From NCBI GenBank assembly GCA_965113315.1, contig OZ220368.1: 64,000 nt of DNA. One strand, written 5' to 3'. Both the position numbers and the translations under genes were made by a program. The notes beneath the pieces were generated by a model. That model had not been told where the DNA came from and did no database searches. It saw only the letters and a program-made list of their open reading frames with translations. This DNA is from Podarcis vaucheri. Its lineage: Eukaryota. Of this stretch, positions 38,024-50,653 are shown piece after piece; the first letter of the stretch is position 1; every line of letters starts with the position of its first letter.

Positions 38024-40034
38024 TATATAATTTTCCATATATGTATATTTTGTTATTTTGCAAAACTATGTGAGTACACTTTTTAAAAAAACTCCCTAAG
38101 AAGAAACCATTAATTTTGAGATAAGACAGCCACAGGCAGCCTCACCCAGAAATAGAAGGACTTTCTTTCTTTTTAATTCTAGGAATTACTGTACAGCCTT
38201 GTTTATTCATAAGGCAAGGAAGAGATATAAGAGTCTTTCAGATAGTCATGCTTTCTGATAAAGCAGAGGGTAAAGTATACATTACATGGGGAATGTACTA
38301 TTAATATATAATGCAAAATAAGATAAAATTAGAATTTTTAATAGCCCTTTCTGATAAGAAAAGTTCTACTGTCTTGTCATGTGTTACTCTTTTTTGCAAA
38401 TAGTTCCTGGAATAGCACTCATCAATGTGGTCTTGCAGGAAGAGAACTGAATTTGGTTCTGGGTTGAAATTACACATCTGCCATGACCTCAAGTATGTGG
38501 CTTTGGGCAAATTACCGTAAGTATATTTCAGCTTTGTTTGAAAAGAGCATAATAGTGACTATCACCTACCTCTCAGGGTATTGTGAGGACAATCAGTAAA
38601 GTATTTTGGGGAAGGGAAACAAAAGAATGAAAGAAAGCAAAATAAAAGTGTCTGACTTGTTCACTAGAGGCTTTGGCAGTGTTCTATCAGTCTTCTGCAG
38701 CCCAGAATTATAAGGAACTCCAGTTCATATTGTCCTGTACCGCATGGGCCTTATTTTCCATTCAATTAGCTGTAGACTTTGTTTCTAATAATTCATTCAC
38801 ACACTTACCCAGCTAATTATCATTGTTCTGTAGTGGAGGGAACAGGCAAGCATGTGCACCTTATTCTAGTTTAGGCCTAAACACAGAAGTCCAATTTGCA
38901 TGATCCTTCCTCCTCATTAAAAGGAGGGAAACACTGCAAGAATTAGATCCATGGACTGGAGTTCACCATGTGAATATATGAATCAGTTCCTTTCACTGTG
39001 TGAATATATGAATCAGTCCTATTATATAATCTCTGTGTTTGGTTTCTGGGATTAAGCTAAATGCCTATCAGTAATTCATTCTTTTATATGTTTTGGACAT
39101 TTCTATACACCTCATAATCTAAAAGAATTTGTGTTTTCAGATTTTCTGCTTCTTATTCTTATTCTTATTCTTGCTACCAATTCCTCAAAACTCCCACACT
39201 GCCTCAGAGTTGCCTCTCTCTTTCCTTGAATGTTGACATTCTGCAGCTGTGTTGTCTTCTGTAATCCCCAAAAGTTTTTCTTAACATTGTTCTATTACTT
39301 TCTTTCCTTTGTCTGAGTTCATAAACCAGGAGCTCAAAGGCTTTCCTGCTACTACATTGGTAATAATTCTGCCTTAGCCAGCAATTTATATTTCTAAATA
39401 AAACAATGGTTTTAAAACAAATACTGTTCCATAACTTTTGTCAGGAGTCTTGACTGCTTTTTAGATAACAATATTTTTTAACAACTTCTATTCCAGAACC
39501 TGTTGTGTTTTCATCTTTCTCTTCATCGCAGAAAGCTATTCCAACGAATGTTTTCTTCTCAAGCTATAGCTAAATGACTACAATCAAATTCAAACTGTGT
39601 AGATCTGTTGACTCTATCTCAAGGGTACCATGATCACAATGATTATTTTAAAACAAACTGTGGGTGAACATAATAATTGTGTCAACCAGAAATCTTAAGA
39701 GTCAAGGGTATGTGAAAGGCACACACTGAGCTGGCTGAGACATACAAATCTTGGCTTTGTGCCTGTGTGCTCCATCCTCATGTTGCCTCTTCCCTCCTCA
39801 GCCTGCTCAGATTATATTTATTTAAACCGTAAAATATAGGATACAGCATAGACATAAAATAAAACATTTCTTAAATAGCATCAAAATAAAACCAAAACCA
39901 AACCAGCAAAGGGAAAGCAGTAGTACCAAAGATCTGCAAAGCACTGAAATGCTTAAAAAAAAACAACAGCTGTAAAGCCTGGAAATCTCATAGTTGTAGA
40001 GTTGGAAGGAAACCCAAGGGTCATGTATCTAAAC

Positions 40035-40160
40035 CAGGCATGGCCAAACTCGGCCCTCCAGCTGTTTTGGGACTACAATTTCCATCATCCCTCCTGTTAA
40101 CTAGGGATGATGGGAGTTGTAGTCCCAAAACAGTTGAAAGGACAAGTTTGGCCATGCCTG
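40035..40160. mobile_element. Palindromic hAT MITE inserted in a CR1-tail SINE
   Basis: TIRs CAGGCATGGCCAAACT / AGTTTGGCCATGCCTG; TSD ATCTAAAC / ATCTAATC. Confidence 0.85.
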
Positions 40161-42507
40161 ATCTAATCCAACCCCCTCCAATGCAGAAATCTCAACATGT
40201 GGTTCCCCATCCAATTTTAAACCATGCCAGACTCTGCTTAGCTTTGCAAATGTATTAGCAGTTTCATTGCTGCACCACTCTTCACCAGGTGCTGAAAGTA
40301 CCACAATGTAGACACAAAGCAAGCTTCTTTGGGAAGAAAATTCCACAACCAGGGCACAACTGAAAAGGTTGTGGAATTTTCTTCATAGACACACCCATCC
40401 AGAATGCAGGTGGCTTCTATTAACTGCAGTTTCCTGTTACATCTGAACCAGAAAGCCATGGTTACCAGGTTCCCAAGCAGTCAGAATCTGAAACCACAGT
40501 TTGAACTTGACTTAAGATCCTGCTTTGTTCTGACACTAGTAGCCATGATTTCCCAGTTTGGACATAACAGGAAACCCATGGCTAATGGAAGATTTCCTGG
40601 GTTAATATCAGCGTGCTGAGTAGGAAAGCATTTTTTTCTTATTTTATAATTCCTCTTTTTGCTGTCTTTCCTTTCAGACTATCAGGGTCATTGAACAGTA
40701 GATTGTTTTCACTTTAACAGGCTCCTGCCTCATCATCAAACTTGTCACAGAAGTGAGAGCAGCTGAGAGGCAAGGACAATTATTTCAAGATAACAAGATC
40801 CTGACAGCTGATTCCTGCTGTAAGAATGTTATAAATACAGTCACTCACAAGGGCAGTAAAACAGATGAAACCACTGGAGAGTATATTTAATTCACCTCAG
40901 GTGTCACCTTTCCTCTATTCTTTCATCTCCTTTGCATCTTAGCCTAAAATATTTATTGTCTTTCCTTAAGTCTTTTTTTTTTTAACCCAAGTGATCTAGA
41001 ATTGGATCAAACACTCTGTTTTAATATTTCCAGCAAAAAAATAAATCAAAGTAGCTGAAGATTATAAACTGTAAATTTCAAAGAAGTACTGAACTAAATA
41101 TGGAACGTAGACAGAAATTACCTTCAAAACATTCATCTGCAAAGGAAAGAGGAAGCACCAGTGGATTTGGAAACAAAGGGATGGAAGGAGGGCAAATAAA
41201 ACTTATCACTAAGATCATAAGACGAGCCTGCTGGATCCGACCAAAGGTAGGTCCACTATCCTGTTCTCAGTGGCCAACCCAATGCCTATGGGAAGCACGC
41301 AAGCAAGACCACAGTGCACCAGCACTCTGCCCAACAGCTCTTCGGAAACCTGGTGCCTCCAGCAGCAGAGACAGAACACAGTCATGCCACCACTTGTGGG
41401 TTCAAAATCCAAAGTTTAGCTGTGCATGAAGAAGTACATTCTTTTGCCTGTTCTGAATCTTCCAGCATTCAAGTCCAACTAGGAATTTAACTCAACGCTT
41501 TTTTAAAAAAATGGGAACTACATTGGGCCGCTTCACAAATTCAACTGGCTTGAGGATTACCATGGTCGATAGTGTAGGCATAAATAAGGCACTTTGTAAA
41601 CTGGGTGCTGTGGGATGAAAGCATCCCAAATGCGGAGTAAAAAGGGTCAATACTCACAAGGGCTATAGAACTGTGTGATGTCATATGCCTGAGGCAGTTA
41701 TTTCAGTTGGTGCAGTTACGGAAAGTCTTTTAACAGTTTGAGCAGCAGGTATGTTCTGTTGTGCTGCTGCCTGCCTCAGAGTTAGTCTGTATTTATCTTG
41801 GATGCACATCTATGTAAGATGTCTTGGCAACATAAGCAACGCCTATTTGCGTTGTATATTTTACTCTGCAAGTGCAAGTACGCTAAGTAAAATGTATTTG
41901 TTCTTTAAACTTTAAAAGAGAGCACCTTGCGTAGTTTTTGTACGAGGGAAAAGGGAACTAATTAAAGGGTCAAACGACCCAGGGAACTAGAGTTTAAATG
42001 GGAACTAGAGTGTAATTCCCACAGGTGTGCCATACACAGGCCCAAGCATACATAGACTTGAATGGCACAATTTCCTCCCACCCTTAGGGAGCAGGAAGAA
42101 CCATATGCATTGGACCTCCATAAGTACAAGACGGTGGCTGGAGTGCCCGGTTTATGTAATGTCTTATATGAACCATGGGGAGAAGTGACTGTACCTGCTC
42201 CTTCCACTACAGAATGCCAGTCCCTAGCTATGTCAGTGTGTAAGCTGAGCTTTCGCCCCCACCATGCAACACATTTCTGTTATGTTTTTTGGGGATTCTC
42301 CAAATCTTAGCTGGCCTTGGTAGCTAGCCATTATTTGTGGTTCTCTCAACCCTACCCTACCTGAGTTCTCTTGCATACTGAGAGTATTCAAGGGAATGGA
42401 AGGGCCAGCTATTAATTTTGTAGTGATATTTGCAAGTGTTCGGAAGTAGCAAAAAACCACAGATCTTGTTGCTTTCAATCACCTTAAAAGGATGGCATAT
42501 AGTAGGG

Positions 42508-42548
42508 TGTTTGTTTGTTTGTTTGTTTGTTTGTTTGTTTGTTTGTTT
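42508..42548 (+). repeat. (TTTG)n microsatellite
   Basis: Read directly. Confidence 0.95.
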
Positions 42549-42838
42549 TTATAAAATGATTTTTTTTTAATTGCCCCTTTTTCCAAGTTCCAGAGGAAGG
42601 CCGACGGAATAACCTCTCACCTCATGCCTGGATTTGGAGGTGCTCAACAAAAGCAATAATCCCTAGTTCTGCAAATCCTGGAGTCATGTGTGAGACTGCA
42701 TTCCTACCAATCCCAAAGTCTGCTGCATATGCCGGAAAACTCAAAGGGAGGATCTGTCTCTTCCACGCTTCACAAAAAGAGACCCCCCCCCAACCTCCAA
42801 ATCTGTTTCAAGGAGTAATCAGCATGCTGTCTCTAGCA

Positions 42839-43159
42839 CAGTGGTTCTCAAGGGGTGTGGTGCGCCACACTGGTGTGGCAGGAGAGGGTGGCAAGTGTGG
42901 CAGGAAGAGTTGAGGACAATCAACATTATATTTGAGCAATGATTCATGTTCTTATGTAGCTGCATTGTTTTATAGTTTCTGCATGTCCCATGATCATATT
43001 ATAAAGTAGTTGTGTTCTATGTTATATAAATTAGGCACTGCTAGGAATTCTTTCTTTTTGTTCTGCAATGTATTTCTCATCAATAAGAAATCCAGAGGGG
43101 CGCGAGCAAATTTTTATTCTGAAAGGGTGACCCAGAGGAAAAACGTTTGAGAACTACCG
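42839..43159. mobile_element. hAT MITE
   Basis: TIRs CAGTGGTTCTCAA / TTGAGAACTACCG; TSD CTCTAGCA / CTCTAGGA. Confidence 0.8.
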
Positions 43160-43283
43160 CTCTAGGAAGAACAGAAGCAGGACATGTAGGCCCTCCCTTA
43201 ATTTGTGACCCCGTAACTGACACAGCAAATTGGGGGCTAATGCCCCCAAATGCAACCTTGTCCGATTGTCTCCAAACAGGTAA

Positions 43284-43525
43284 AGAAGAGTTTGAATTTG
43301 ATATCCCGCTTTATCACTAACCGAAGGAGTGTCAAAGCGGCTAACAATCTCCTACCCTTCCTCCCCCACAACAAACACTCTGTGAGGTGAGTGGGGCTGA
43401 GAGACTTCAGAGAAGTGTGACTAGCCCAAGGTCACCCAGCAGCTGCATGTGGAGGAGCGGGGAATCGAACCCGCTTCACCAGATTACGAGTCTACCGCTC
43501 TTAACCACTACACCATACTGGTTCT
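43284..43525 (-). mobile_element. tRNA-derived lacertid SINE (POM/Squam1-like)
   Basis: On the minus strand: A-box TGGTGTAGTGGTTAAGAGC, B-box GGTTCGATTCCCC, and a CORE-like CCCAAGGTCACCCAG body. Confidence 0.8.
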
Positions 43526-45450
43526 CTGCCAAAGTTTTGTGCTCATTTTGTGCCACTTTGTGCTTCAAAGCCCACATTTTGTGTCACACACACCTCCACC
43601 AAACTGAGTAATCAAACATTCAAACCGGGGTCAAAAGTACCGGTAAATGGCCCCAAACCCAGCCTTGTCTGATTGACTCCAAACCAGTCCCAAGTTGTGT
43701 GCTGGTACATGAAGGCAACAGCCCTTCACAGTTACTTACCAGCATATAGTACCCAGAGGCCTTCTCCACTTAGTTACCATGGTTAATAGCCTTTGATAGA
43801 CCTATTTGTGTGAATTTGTGACATCCTTTTTAAAAGAGTCAACAAAGCTAGGGACATTCATTATATCTTATGACGGTGAGTTCCATAAAGTCAGGGATGG
43901 GGAATTTATGGCACTCTGGGGTTGTTAGACTCCAACTCCCATCAGTCCCAGGCAGCATGACCAATAGTCAGCAATGATGGGAGCTATTCTCCAACATCTG
44001 GAGGGCCAGAGGTTTCTCATCTCTGTGAACATATTGTGTGAACAAGATTTTTCCTATTTGCACTTACAAGAAGCCCCCAAATATAAAGGAAATGCCTAGT
44101 GGGTGGATTTCATGCAGGGCAGAGTTCATTAGAAGCATATCTGAAGATACCCAGAAAGAAGATGGAATAGTTCTCATTTTTTAAATGTCTGAAAAACAAC
44201 CATTTATTAAAAAACAACCAAAAAAACCCTCTCTTACATAAATTGTGCCTGGTTCAATTTATAAACTCACTCTGGAAGTTAATTCAAGTTAATATAATGA
44301 AATATCTCATGTTGTCTCAGCAAAATGGCTTCTTTCCAAAGTTCCAACATAGCAAAAGGAGATTATTTAGGATAAATTGCTTTAAATAACATTTGGAGTT
44401 GTGTAAGAATTCAGGAGCCTATGTCTCAATTCAAAACAGTTTTTGGCACACTTATAGAAGAGTAAGTTTGTATAACATTCTGACATCTGGCACTCAGTAG
44501 CTGTTATACAGAAGTTCGTTTTTGAAAGTTGCTGGTATAATTCAGAAATGTAGTGGAACACATACATTTAGCAGAAAATTTCTATTAATTCAATAAACTA
44601 TATTAATATGCAGTGCAAACATGATAAAAAGACAGAGGCCACAATCCATTGACATCAATTAACAAATGAGTCATGGCTAACTTACGGTACTTATTGAGCA
44701 AAACAAACTTTCTCAAGAAAGAATCATAGAATCGTAGAGTTAGAAGGTATCCTGAGGGTCATCTAGTCCAACCCCCTGCAATGCAGGAATCTTTTGCCCA
44801 AAAGATCTCACCTGAGACTCCAGGAACCACTACCAGCCACAATAGACAATATTGTGCTAGTTGGACAAACAATCTGACCTGATATAAGGCACCTTCCTGT
44901 GTTTCTGCATTTGTGGTCTGGTGACCATAAGACTGTGGCTCAGAAAATGTAATACATCAACACAGTCTAAAAACACACTAGTTAAAAGCAGTTAATAAAT
45001 GGTACAAAATACCAGTTCGTTGAATGCACACATTGGTATATCATATGATTTTTCAGTGGTCACATTACTATGAGTATAGCAAAAGAAACACCACACTTCC
45101 TCATGAAACAGCCAAGTGCAACATAATGATGACAATTATTCAGGTCATGTGATCATGTATCACTCATATCATTCTTCAAATCATGCAGCATTGCTTCCTA
45201 TTAGTTTTCCATTTCTTCAGATTAGTACTTGCAAATGAAAATAATGAAATGCAGGAGGACTTTGCACCATTTCCAGAGTTAAGAATTGAACTATTGCTTT
45301 CAACTCAACTATTGCCCCCGTCCCCCATAAAAGGAATTGGACTCTGGGTCACAGTTCCTTTCCATTCACAAAAGGGCAACTCAAGATTGAAGCTCTGTGT
45401 GTCATAATGACAACCTTATAGATATTCCCACTATTTGAAGGATGGCTGGA

Positions 45451-45481
<31 letters not shown>

Positions 45482-45549
45482 ATGGAACTTCGAATGAGAA
45501 ACATGATATCTTGCAAGGATAGAAATTGCTTCAGTTTCTTCCAGCAATA

Positions 45550-45782
45550 CAGTGGTACCTCTGGTTATGTACTTAATTCTTTCTGGAGGTCCGTTCTGAA
45601 ACTGTTCTTAACCTGAAGCACCACTTTAGCTAATGGGGCCTCCTGCTGCCGCTGCGCTGCCGCTGCACAATTTCTGTTCTCATCCTGAAGCAAAGTTCTT
45701 AACCCGTAGTATTTCTGGGTTAGCAGAGTCTGTAACCTGAAGCGTATGTAACCTGAAGTGCATGTAACCCGAGGTACCACTG
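45550..45782 (-). mobile_element. Tigger-like MITE (family B)
   Basis: TIRs and TA TSD; reverse of the 37781 copy. Confidence 0.9.
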
Positions 45783-46307
45783 TAATACAAAATAAGCAAT
45801 AGCTTTTCTTTGTGTGTGAAGATGTCAGTGATATTTTTGACTCAGTTTTGTGATGTCCACAAAGATGTGGCTCAGTAGGGTTCTAAACAGAAAAGAAATA
45901 AGGATACAGCTGGAATCTTCAAAGGATAGGGTAGTAGAGTCATTTGTCTCCTCATCCCACCCCAAATGGAACTTCCTTAATGACATACAAAAGCCAGAGC
46001 TGTTTGTTTACATTTTTGGCAACTAGGTCTACGCATTCAGCTCTTCTAAAAAAAAGGTAACAAGATGGTCTAGAAGTCTCCAGTTCTGATAACTATGAAA
46101 GGTAGCCAGAAGACCACACTGGTACTGATAGAATATTTGGATGAATAATAATATGGAAGAGTTTGAAGTGGAATGTTCTGTCGGCTGGCAAAGCTACTGG
46201 AGGGCTTGGCTCCAGTCTGCAATCTGCAAATCAGAGCCAATCAAACACACTCTTGCAGTGATAGTGAGGATTTTAAACATTATCAGAAGAACAGGCAATG
46301 ATCACTA

Positions 46308-46549
46308 CAGTGGTACCTCAGGTTACATACGCTTCAGGTTACATACGCCTCAGGTTACACACTCCGCTAACCCAGAAATAGTGCTTCAGCTTAAGAACTT
46401 TGCCTCAGGATAAGAACAGAAATCGGGCTCCGGTGGCGCAGCAGCAGCAGGAGGCCCCATTAGCTAAAGTGGTGCTTCAGGTTAAGAACAGTTTCAGGTT
46501 AAGAACGGACCTCCGGAACGAATTAAGTACTTAACCTGAGGTACCACTG
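46308..46549 (+). mobile_element. Tigger-like MITE (family B)
   Basis: TIRs CAGTGGTACCTC / GAGGTACCACTG; TA TSD. Confidence 0.9.
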
Positions 46550-48524
46550 TACTTTGCTATGAATGTTTACTTGATTGTTTTTCAAATGCTGCAATTGTAG
46601 CAGCATGTTGCTGTTGCTCTTGGATTTGTTTCAAATGAATCAGCATAGCTACCTGAAATTTTTTGAGAGATTTTACATTCCAGTTCAGTACGGATTTGCT
46701 GAAATAACTGGGTTCAGAATCAGTACGATTTTTAAAAAATCTATTCATTTTATCCTGCAGTGTTGGGCAAACTTTATGTAGAAAAAATAAATAAATATAT
46801 TTTGCAAACAGAAGTATAAAAAGCAACAATAATTTGATGCTCTAGTGTAGTTCAAGTGCTAAAAGCAAGCATTCCCAGAGTAACTGATCATGCACTCTTG
46901 CTCCTAGACACAGCACTTTATCCAAAGCAGACACAAAACAAAAACTCTTCACAATGGGCTGGAGACCAGATAACAGCTTCTCATCCCCACTATGAAAACA
47001 ATAGCCTGTAGTCACAGCTAACTGACACAACAGATCTGTTTAAAAGCAAGATTCCCAGGCTCTTTGAATAGGATGAACCTATTCTTTCACCAGCAATGCT
47101 GTGAAAAAAGGCAAAGATGTAGTTCAGGATCTTAGTTCTACAACTTGTAGTTCAGTTTGTGTCTAAAAAATAGGAGCAGAAATTGTTCCTGCCATTGATT
47201 CTACTGCTTTTCGTCAAGGTGGAAACCCTTCCAGCTTCTGAGTTCCCTCCTCAGTCAACACTAGGCACTCTCATTTGCACATGCTACATAAGATGTGCAA
47301 TTAAGGAAACTCCCACACATTTATCAACAAACAAGGGACTCAGCATGCACAGCAACGACATAATATCCCATTCTCTAGCTGTGATCAAGAGATGAGGAGT
47401 AGGATGTGGAATTGTGAACTCCCCAGCTCCTCCTTTTTCACACACATATTTCTCACCATATTCTTTAGTGCCTTGCCTGAAAGTGAGATGTTTGATGCCG
47501 CTGGATGAACATTATAAAGGGCAGGAAGATCTTTTTCCATACTGGTTTTACCACCACTTCCTTCAATACTGTTGGAACAATGTCCCTTGCTCCCCAACCA
47601 AATCAGCCTACCCAGCGCTGGCTTCCTTAATCAACCAGGAAGGGCAAGGATTGAGCATGCCAAGTGATGAAGCTCCCAACTTCAAGAATTCTGTCTACAT
47701 CCACAGGCTAGGCAAACCAAGAAGTATCCATAGAAACAGGAGAAGCAGCTGCATCTGGTGCTGCCCTCAATTTGGAGTCAAGGCAGAGATGTTGACTACA
47801 AAGTGCTTCGCAAATAGGGCACACCAGGTAACCATCTCGTCTCAGGAGCCACTTGGAACAATTCAGCCAGACAACTCTGTACGGACAAAATGGTGCCAGA
47901 AAACCAAGACTTATTTTCCACCATCGCTGCCATGAGATGAGCTCTGAAATGAGCTTTAGCCCAAACTCAATCAAATTCATCATGCATTTTTCTTAGCTGG
48001 AAAGGAAAGTTCCATTGCTCCCAGAGCCTCAGAAAACATAGGCTCACCAAACAGAGAGATCACTCTGGAGTGAACATTACAACTGCTCATGTAGTTTCCC
48101 CATTCCAGACGCTAGCAAGTGCTTTGATGGGACTGCCAGCATTACATTGCCCCAGAGCCAGCAGGACATAATCTTGACTGGATCTATTTTTCTCTAGGGG
48201 CAGACTGTTCTAATAAGCCCTCCACTCAGTAAGCCTAAACCCTGCCAGGCAGAGCTCTATCCATGCCAAGGGAACCATGTCAAACTTCTCCACCCATGAT
48301 CACCATCCTGTTCAGAATATAACACCAAATCAAGTGTATGACCAGCCAAATGAAAGAGGCCGGATATCAATCGAAACAGATATTGTTGTCATGGAGACCA
48401 TGAAATCCTGATCTGCAACAGATGAGAGGGCCTCAGCAAGGATGCTTGAATTTGCCGTTCCCATTCTAGTCCTGCAGAGAAGCCCACTTGGCACCCACTG
48501 ACATGTTGTTGGGAAAATGATGGT

Positions 48525-48875
48525 GATTGATTTATATGCCCATCTGACTGGGTTGCCCCATCCACTCTGGGCAGCTCCCAACAAAAAATAGTAAAAACAC
48601 AATACCACACAATAAAAACTCCTCTAAACAGGGGTGCCTTCAGGTTGAACAGGGCTGTCTTCAGGTGTCTTTTAAAAAATCACATGGCTGTTTATCTGTT
48701 TGACATCAGCTAAAGTGCCTTCCACAGCGTGGGCAAGACTACTGAAAAGGCCCTCTGCCTGGTTCCCTTTAACCTCACTTCTCGCAATGAGGAAACCACC
48801 AGAAGGCACTCAGAGCTGGATCTCAGTGTCCGGGCTGAACGATGGGGGTGGAGATGCTCCTTCAGGTATACAAGG
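48525..48875 (-). mobile_element. L2-type LINE 3' fragment
   Basis: Squamate L2 3' motifs (CCACTCTGGGCAGCT, GGCCCTCTGCCTGGTTCCC). Confidence 0.7.
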
Positions 48876-50144
48876 CCGAAGCTGATTGGAAGGAGGTAGA
48901 GCTCTCAGATGTCTAACCCCCTTATCCTGTAACAAGCCAACATAATTCACACTGCCACACTTCCTGCCACACTTCCTGCAACTGCCCACACTCAGAATCG
49001 TGCCATCTAGGCTACACACACTGCCAATGCTCACCACTCGATCAAAGCAAAGTTTTAGTAAGACCAAAATACAAGGCAAATTGCTTCTGAAGAAGAGTTT
49101 CAAAAGCAGCATGGCAGCACATTACTGAAAGTTGGGGGGGGGGGGAATAAAAAAATTCACCAGGGAGGCCCATTCTCTCTCACACACACACATATATGCA
49201 AAGTTTTCAAGAAAAAAATTAATATGAAACCACAGATTGATGGAAAAAGAATTTGATGGATAAAAATAGTGCCTACAAAGCATACACTATCCCTTTTGAT
49301 AATGGCTTTAATTGCAGAGAGGCATTCATTTTCTCATATTTCTCTTATCGCCCAGGACTCCTCTGTGATTATGTGTTTTGTTTTTTAAAAGTTCTCCTCT
49401 GCATTCCTGAGGAAAGCTCTTGAGTTTGTTGATCCTAAGCTGGCACTGAATCTGCAGAGGATGTCAACATTCACATTTGTTCAGGACAGTTCTTGCATGA
49501 TAAGTCTCTTTTCTGTGCTTTCCTCTGCTCAGCTTCAATCGCCCCTTTCAGTAAAATAGAGGCAGGGACGCAGTAATGCAAAAAGAAGGCTGATTTGCTG
49601 GTAGGGACTGTTAATCCACAGTTTGCACAATCAAAACACTATTAGGAGATGAATTTGCTGTGTCTTTCAGAATCACAATCATCTTTCCAACAGAATGCAA
49701 AATAAAGTGTGTAACTCGTATATGAAACCTATGCATCAGAATGTTCATGTGCATTAGAAATGCTTCTCTTCCCCACTATCGGCTGTCAGACACTTACTTT
49801 AAAAGCACAAGAGAGGATTAAAAGTGATTTAATCTTAACTGTTTACCTTAAGAACATAAGAGCATTGTTCTGTGCTTTAAACTCCCAAGGATCAGCTGAT
49901 CGTTGGCGCTTCAGAAGGCAGGTGTGCAGCACTTCTGAAATGCTCCCTGATGGGCTGATCGCTGCAACTTCAGATTGTGGACTAAGTAAACTACAAGCAA
50001 TAAAGATAAACAATTGTACAGTTAATATACCATAAAATGACTGGATTATCTGAGAAACTGGATTTACCCTTGTGGAATCTATCCTGGTTCTTCTTCAGGG
50101 AAGGTTACAACATTAAAACACATCTCTGAAGGTGAAATAAATTT

Positions 50145-50305
50145 TAAAATTGTCCAGTAGCACCTTAGAGATCAACTAAGTTTGTTCGGGATATAAGCTT
50201 GCTTGTGCATGCACATTTCTTCATATACTTAGTTGGTCTCTAAGGTGCTACTGGACAATTTTTAAATTTCAACTGTGTCAGACCAACACGACTACCTACC
50301 TGAAC
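50145..50305. mobile_element. Penelope-like fragment with inverted terminal arrangement
   Basis: AATTGTCCAGTAGCACCTTAGAGA..AACTAAGT followed by its reverse complement; homologous to 9108-9238. Confidence 0.65.
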
Positions 50306-50538
50306 CTCAGAAGGTGGACGAACTACCAAGAAGGCCCCAATCTGCCAGTCTTAACTTTCCAGAGTGTCTGTAAGGAAGGAGATGATCTTTCAGACATTTG
50401 GGGCTTGAGTCATTTAGTGTTCAAATGTGAGTACCTTGAACTGACCACGGAAATGAATTTGCAGCCAGTAACGAAATGTTTGTTTTAAATTCACCAATAA
50501 GACTGACAAATTAATTTTAGCTAGAACCTACTTCTTAC

Positions 50539-50653
50539 CATCTTTTCTTTCTGTTTCCTTAAGGAGCAAGATGTTAGAAAGGATGTGTATCTGGTGGATT
50601 TGATCCTTAGCTCCCATTTTCTTCAGTTCAGCTTCTGTCAGGTGGAGCAAATC
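50539..50653 (-). CDS. BCAR3: Putative upstream BCAR3 coding exon encoding the C-terminal half of a SAM domain (DLLHLTEAELKKMGAKDQIHQIHILSNILLLKETERKD)
   Basis: Acceptor cttcttttttgttgggccggttccag|GAT, donor GATG|gtaag. 115 nt, open, phase 0 to phase 1. SAM-like pattern (DLL-L-E--LK-MG-K...H...IL--I). The phase-1 end splices in frame to exon 2 (G|AA TTA AGA ATG = E-L-R-M). Confidence 0.8.

Noticed and set aside
47414-47935. 173-aa plus-strand ORF
   Set aside because: No domain similarity or splice support.
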